A stretch of 64,000 nucleotides of DNA from Octopus vulgaris. Its lineage: Eukaryota. The translations under genes were made by a program, and so were the position numbers. The stretch is from contig OX597827.1 in the NCBI GenBank assembly GCA_951406725.2, positions 38,192,001 to 38,256,000 of the forward strand. Direction: 5' to 3'. Numbering within the stretch: position 1 is the first letter of the stretch; the number at the start of each line of letters is the position of its first letter. Below are positions 62,431-64,000 of the stretch, piece after piece. The notes beneath the pieces are model-generated. The model was not told the DNA's origin. It made no database searches and saw only the letters and a program-made list of their open reading frames with translations.

Positions 62431-64000
62431 TTCTAGTGATTATTATATGTTACTCTATTTGTGAGAGCTAAGATGGTCAAGCTTAATAAGAGAGTGGACA
62501 GCCATCCAAAAATTTAGTTATCCATCTTCTTGTGTCTGTGTTTTATGTTGTTTATTGTAACTTTTATTTGTTTCACTTATCAGACTGTGGTAATGCTGGG
62601 GCATCACCTTGAAGAACTTTTAATTGAATCAATTGACCCCAAAGTACTATTTTTTTAAAGCCAGGTACTTATTCTATCGATAACTTTTTGCCAAACTGCT
62701 AAGTTATGGGCATGTAAACAAATTAACAACGAAATCTACTGAAGCAAGTTTTTTTTAATCCCTGTACACAAGAGTTATCTCCCTTACAACCATCCTAATC
62801 CCTGTTGTTTTGACTTCTCTCAATAATCTTACACATTCTCAACGTCTTCATTATTATATCGTTGCTAGTTTCACTACTTTAACCGTATATTTCCCTGTCA
62901 GTTTGTCATTTTCCATATTTACACCCCCAGAACCCACTGCCCAAACTGAATTAAAATTTTTCGAAGCGGGGGAAAATATATTTTCTACTCTAGGCGCAGG
63001 GCCCGAAATTTTGGTGGGAGGAGGCCAGTCGATTAGATCGACCCTAGTACGCAACTGGTACCTAATTTATCGACCCCAAAATGATGAAAATCAAATTCGA
63101 CCTTAACGGGCCAGTCAGGCGGTTCTGGCAGAGACAATGCTCAAAATGTAATTTTTAAGTGCTACCTGCACAGGATCCAGTCTGGCAGCACTGGCAACGA
63201 CCACGCTCGAATGTTGTTTATCACATGCCACTGGCACATGTGCCAGTAAGGTGACGCTGGCAGCAATCATGCTTGAATGGTACCTTTTTACGTGCCACCG
63301 GCATGGGAGTCAATCAGTGGCCCTGGCAATGATCATGCATCGATGGTGCTTTTAACGTTCCACTGGCACTTGTGCCAATCAGGCATTACTGTCATCAGCC
63401 ACATCAGCAATTTTGATTTTGATTTCACTTGCCTCAACAGGTCTTCGCTAGCAAAGTTTATTGTCCAACGAAAGACCAGATAGCGATGTTGAACCAGATA
63501 ACAGAATGAATCTATGTCTCCAAGATCTCAGAATGGGAAAAAGTGGAACAAATACAAGGTTTTCTTGATTGATGTTCTAGGAATTCTGCTATTCTACTGT
63601 CCACGAATGGTACATTATTTAAAGCAGTTTTATTTCAAGCATGAGGTGTTTAGGGTGACATGTGGACAACATCTGTAAGTGTTTGAGAGTTTAAGGAGGA
63701 GTCAAGAGTGCTTATAATCTGTATAGGAACATGTCTTATTAGAAATAACATCATACAGATCATCAGTGTACAGAAGAAAGTGTCATCATCATAGTCATCT
63801 ACATCATTGTTTTACCGTCCATTTTTCCATGCTTGCATTGGTAAGATGGAATTTGTTGAGGCAGATTTTCTAAGGTTGGATACCCTTGCTGTCACCAACA
63901 ATTGCCTGTTTCTAAACAATTTAATATTTCTCCACAGCCAGATATGCTTTCACAGAAGCTTGGAAACAAAAGACACACATCTGCAGCTATCACATGAAGT

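Overview
AT-rich, repeat-dominated animal genomic DNA. The SINE and microsatellite inventory points to an octopod cephalopod (inference). Two host genes can be reconstructed from splice signals. One is a 3-exon twin-CX9C gene, CHCHD7/COX23 (+; 19801-19935, 23734-23832, 31599-31703; 112 aa). The other is a divergently oriented, unrecognised Gln-rich gene (-; exons 9909-10070, 3867-4058, 1382-2941, 655-800, all phase-1 introns). The centrepiece is a ~14-kb (TA)n nest (37.1-51.6 kb) holding a young Penelope-like retroelement of the Neptune type. It is arranged as a partial tandem with an inverted pseudo-LTR and carries U3-A8 variant hammerhead motifs. Unusually it has two ORFs, a coiled-coil-like ORF1 and an RT/GIY-YIG pol, joined by a slippery CCUUUUUUAGG junction. 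An intact 5'-truncated RTE-type LINE sits in the same nest. Just upstream is a tRNA-headed, hammerhead-carrying short element inserted as an inverted pair with a 15-bp TSD, a candidate Penelope-dependent SINE/retrozyme hybrid. The rest is SINEs, MITEs (hAT, TTAGGG-containing, foldback), Tigger and mariner relics, two Helitrons, a probable solo LTR, and mini/microsatellites. No tools were used, so family assignments rest on motif recognition.
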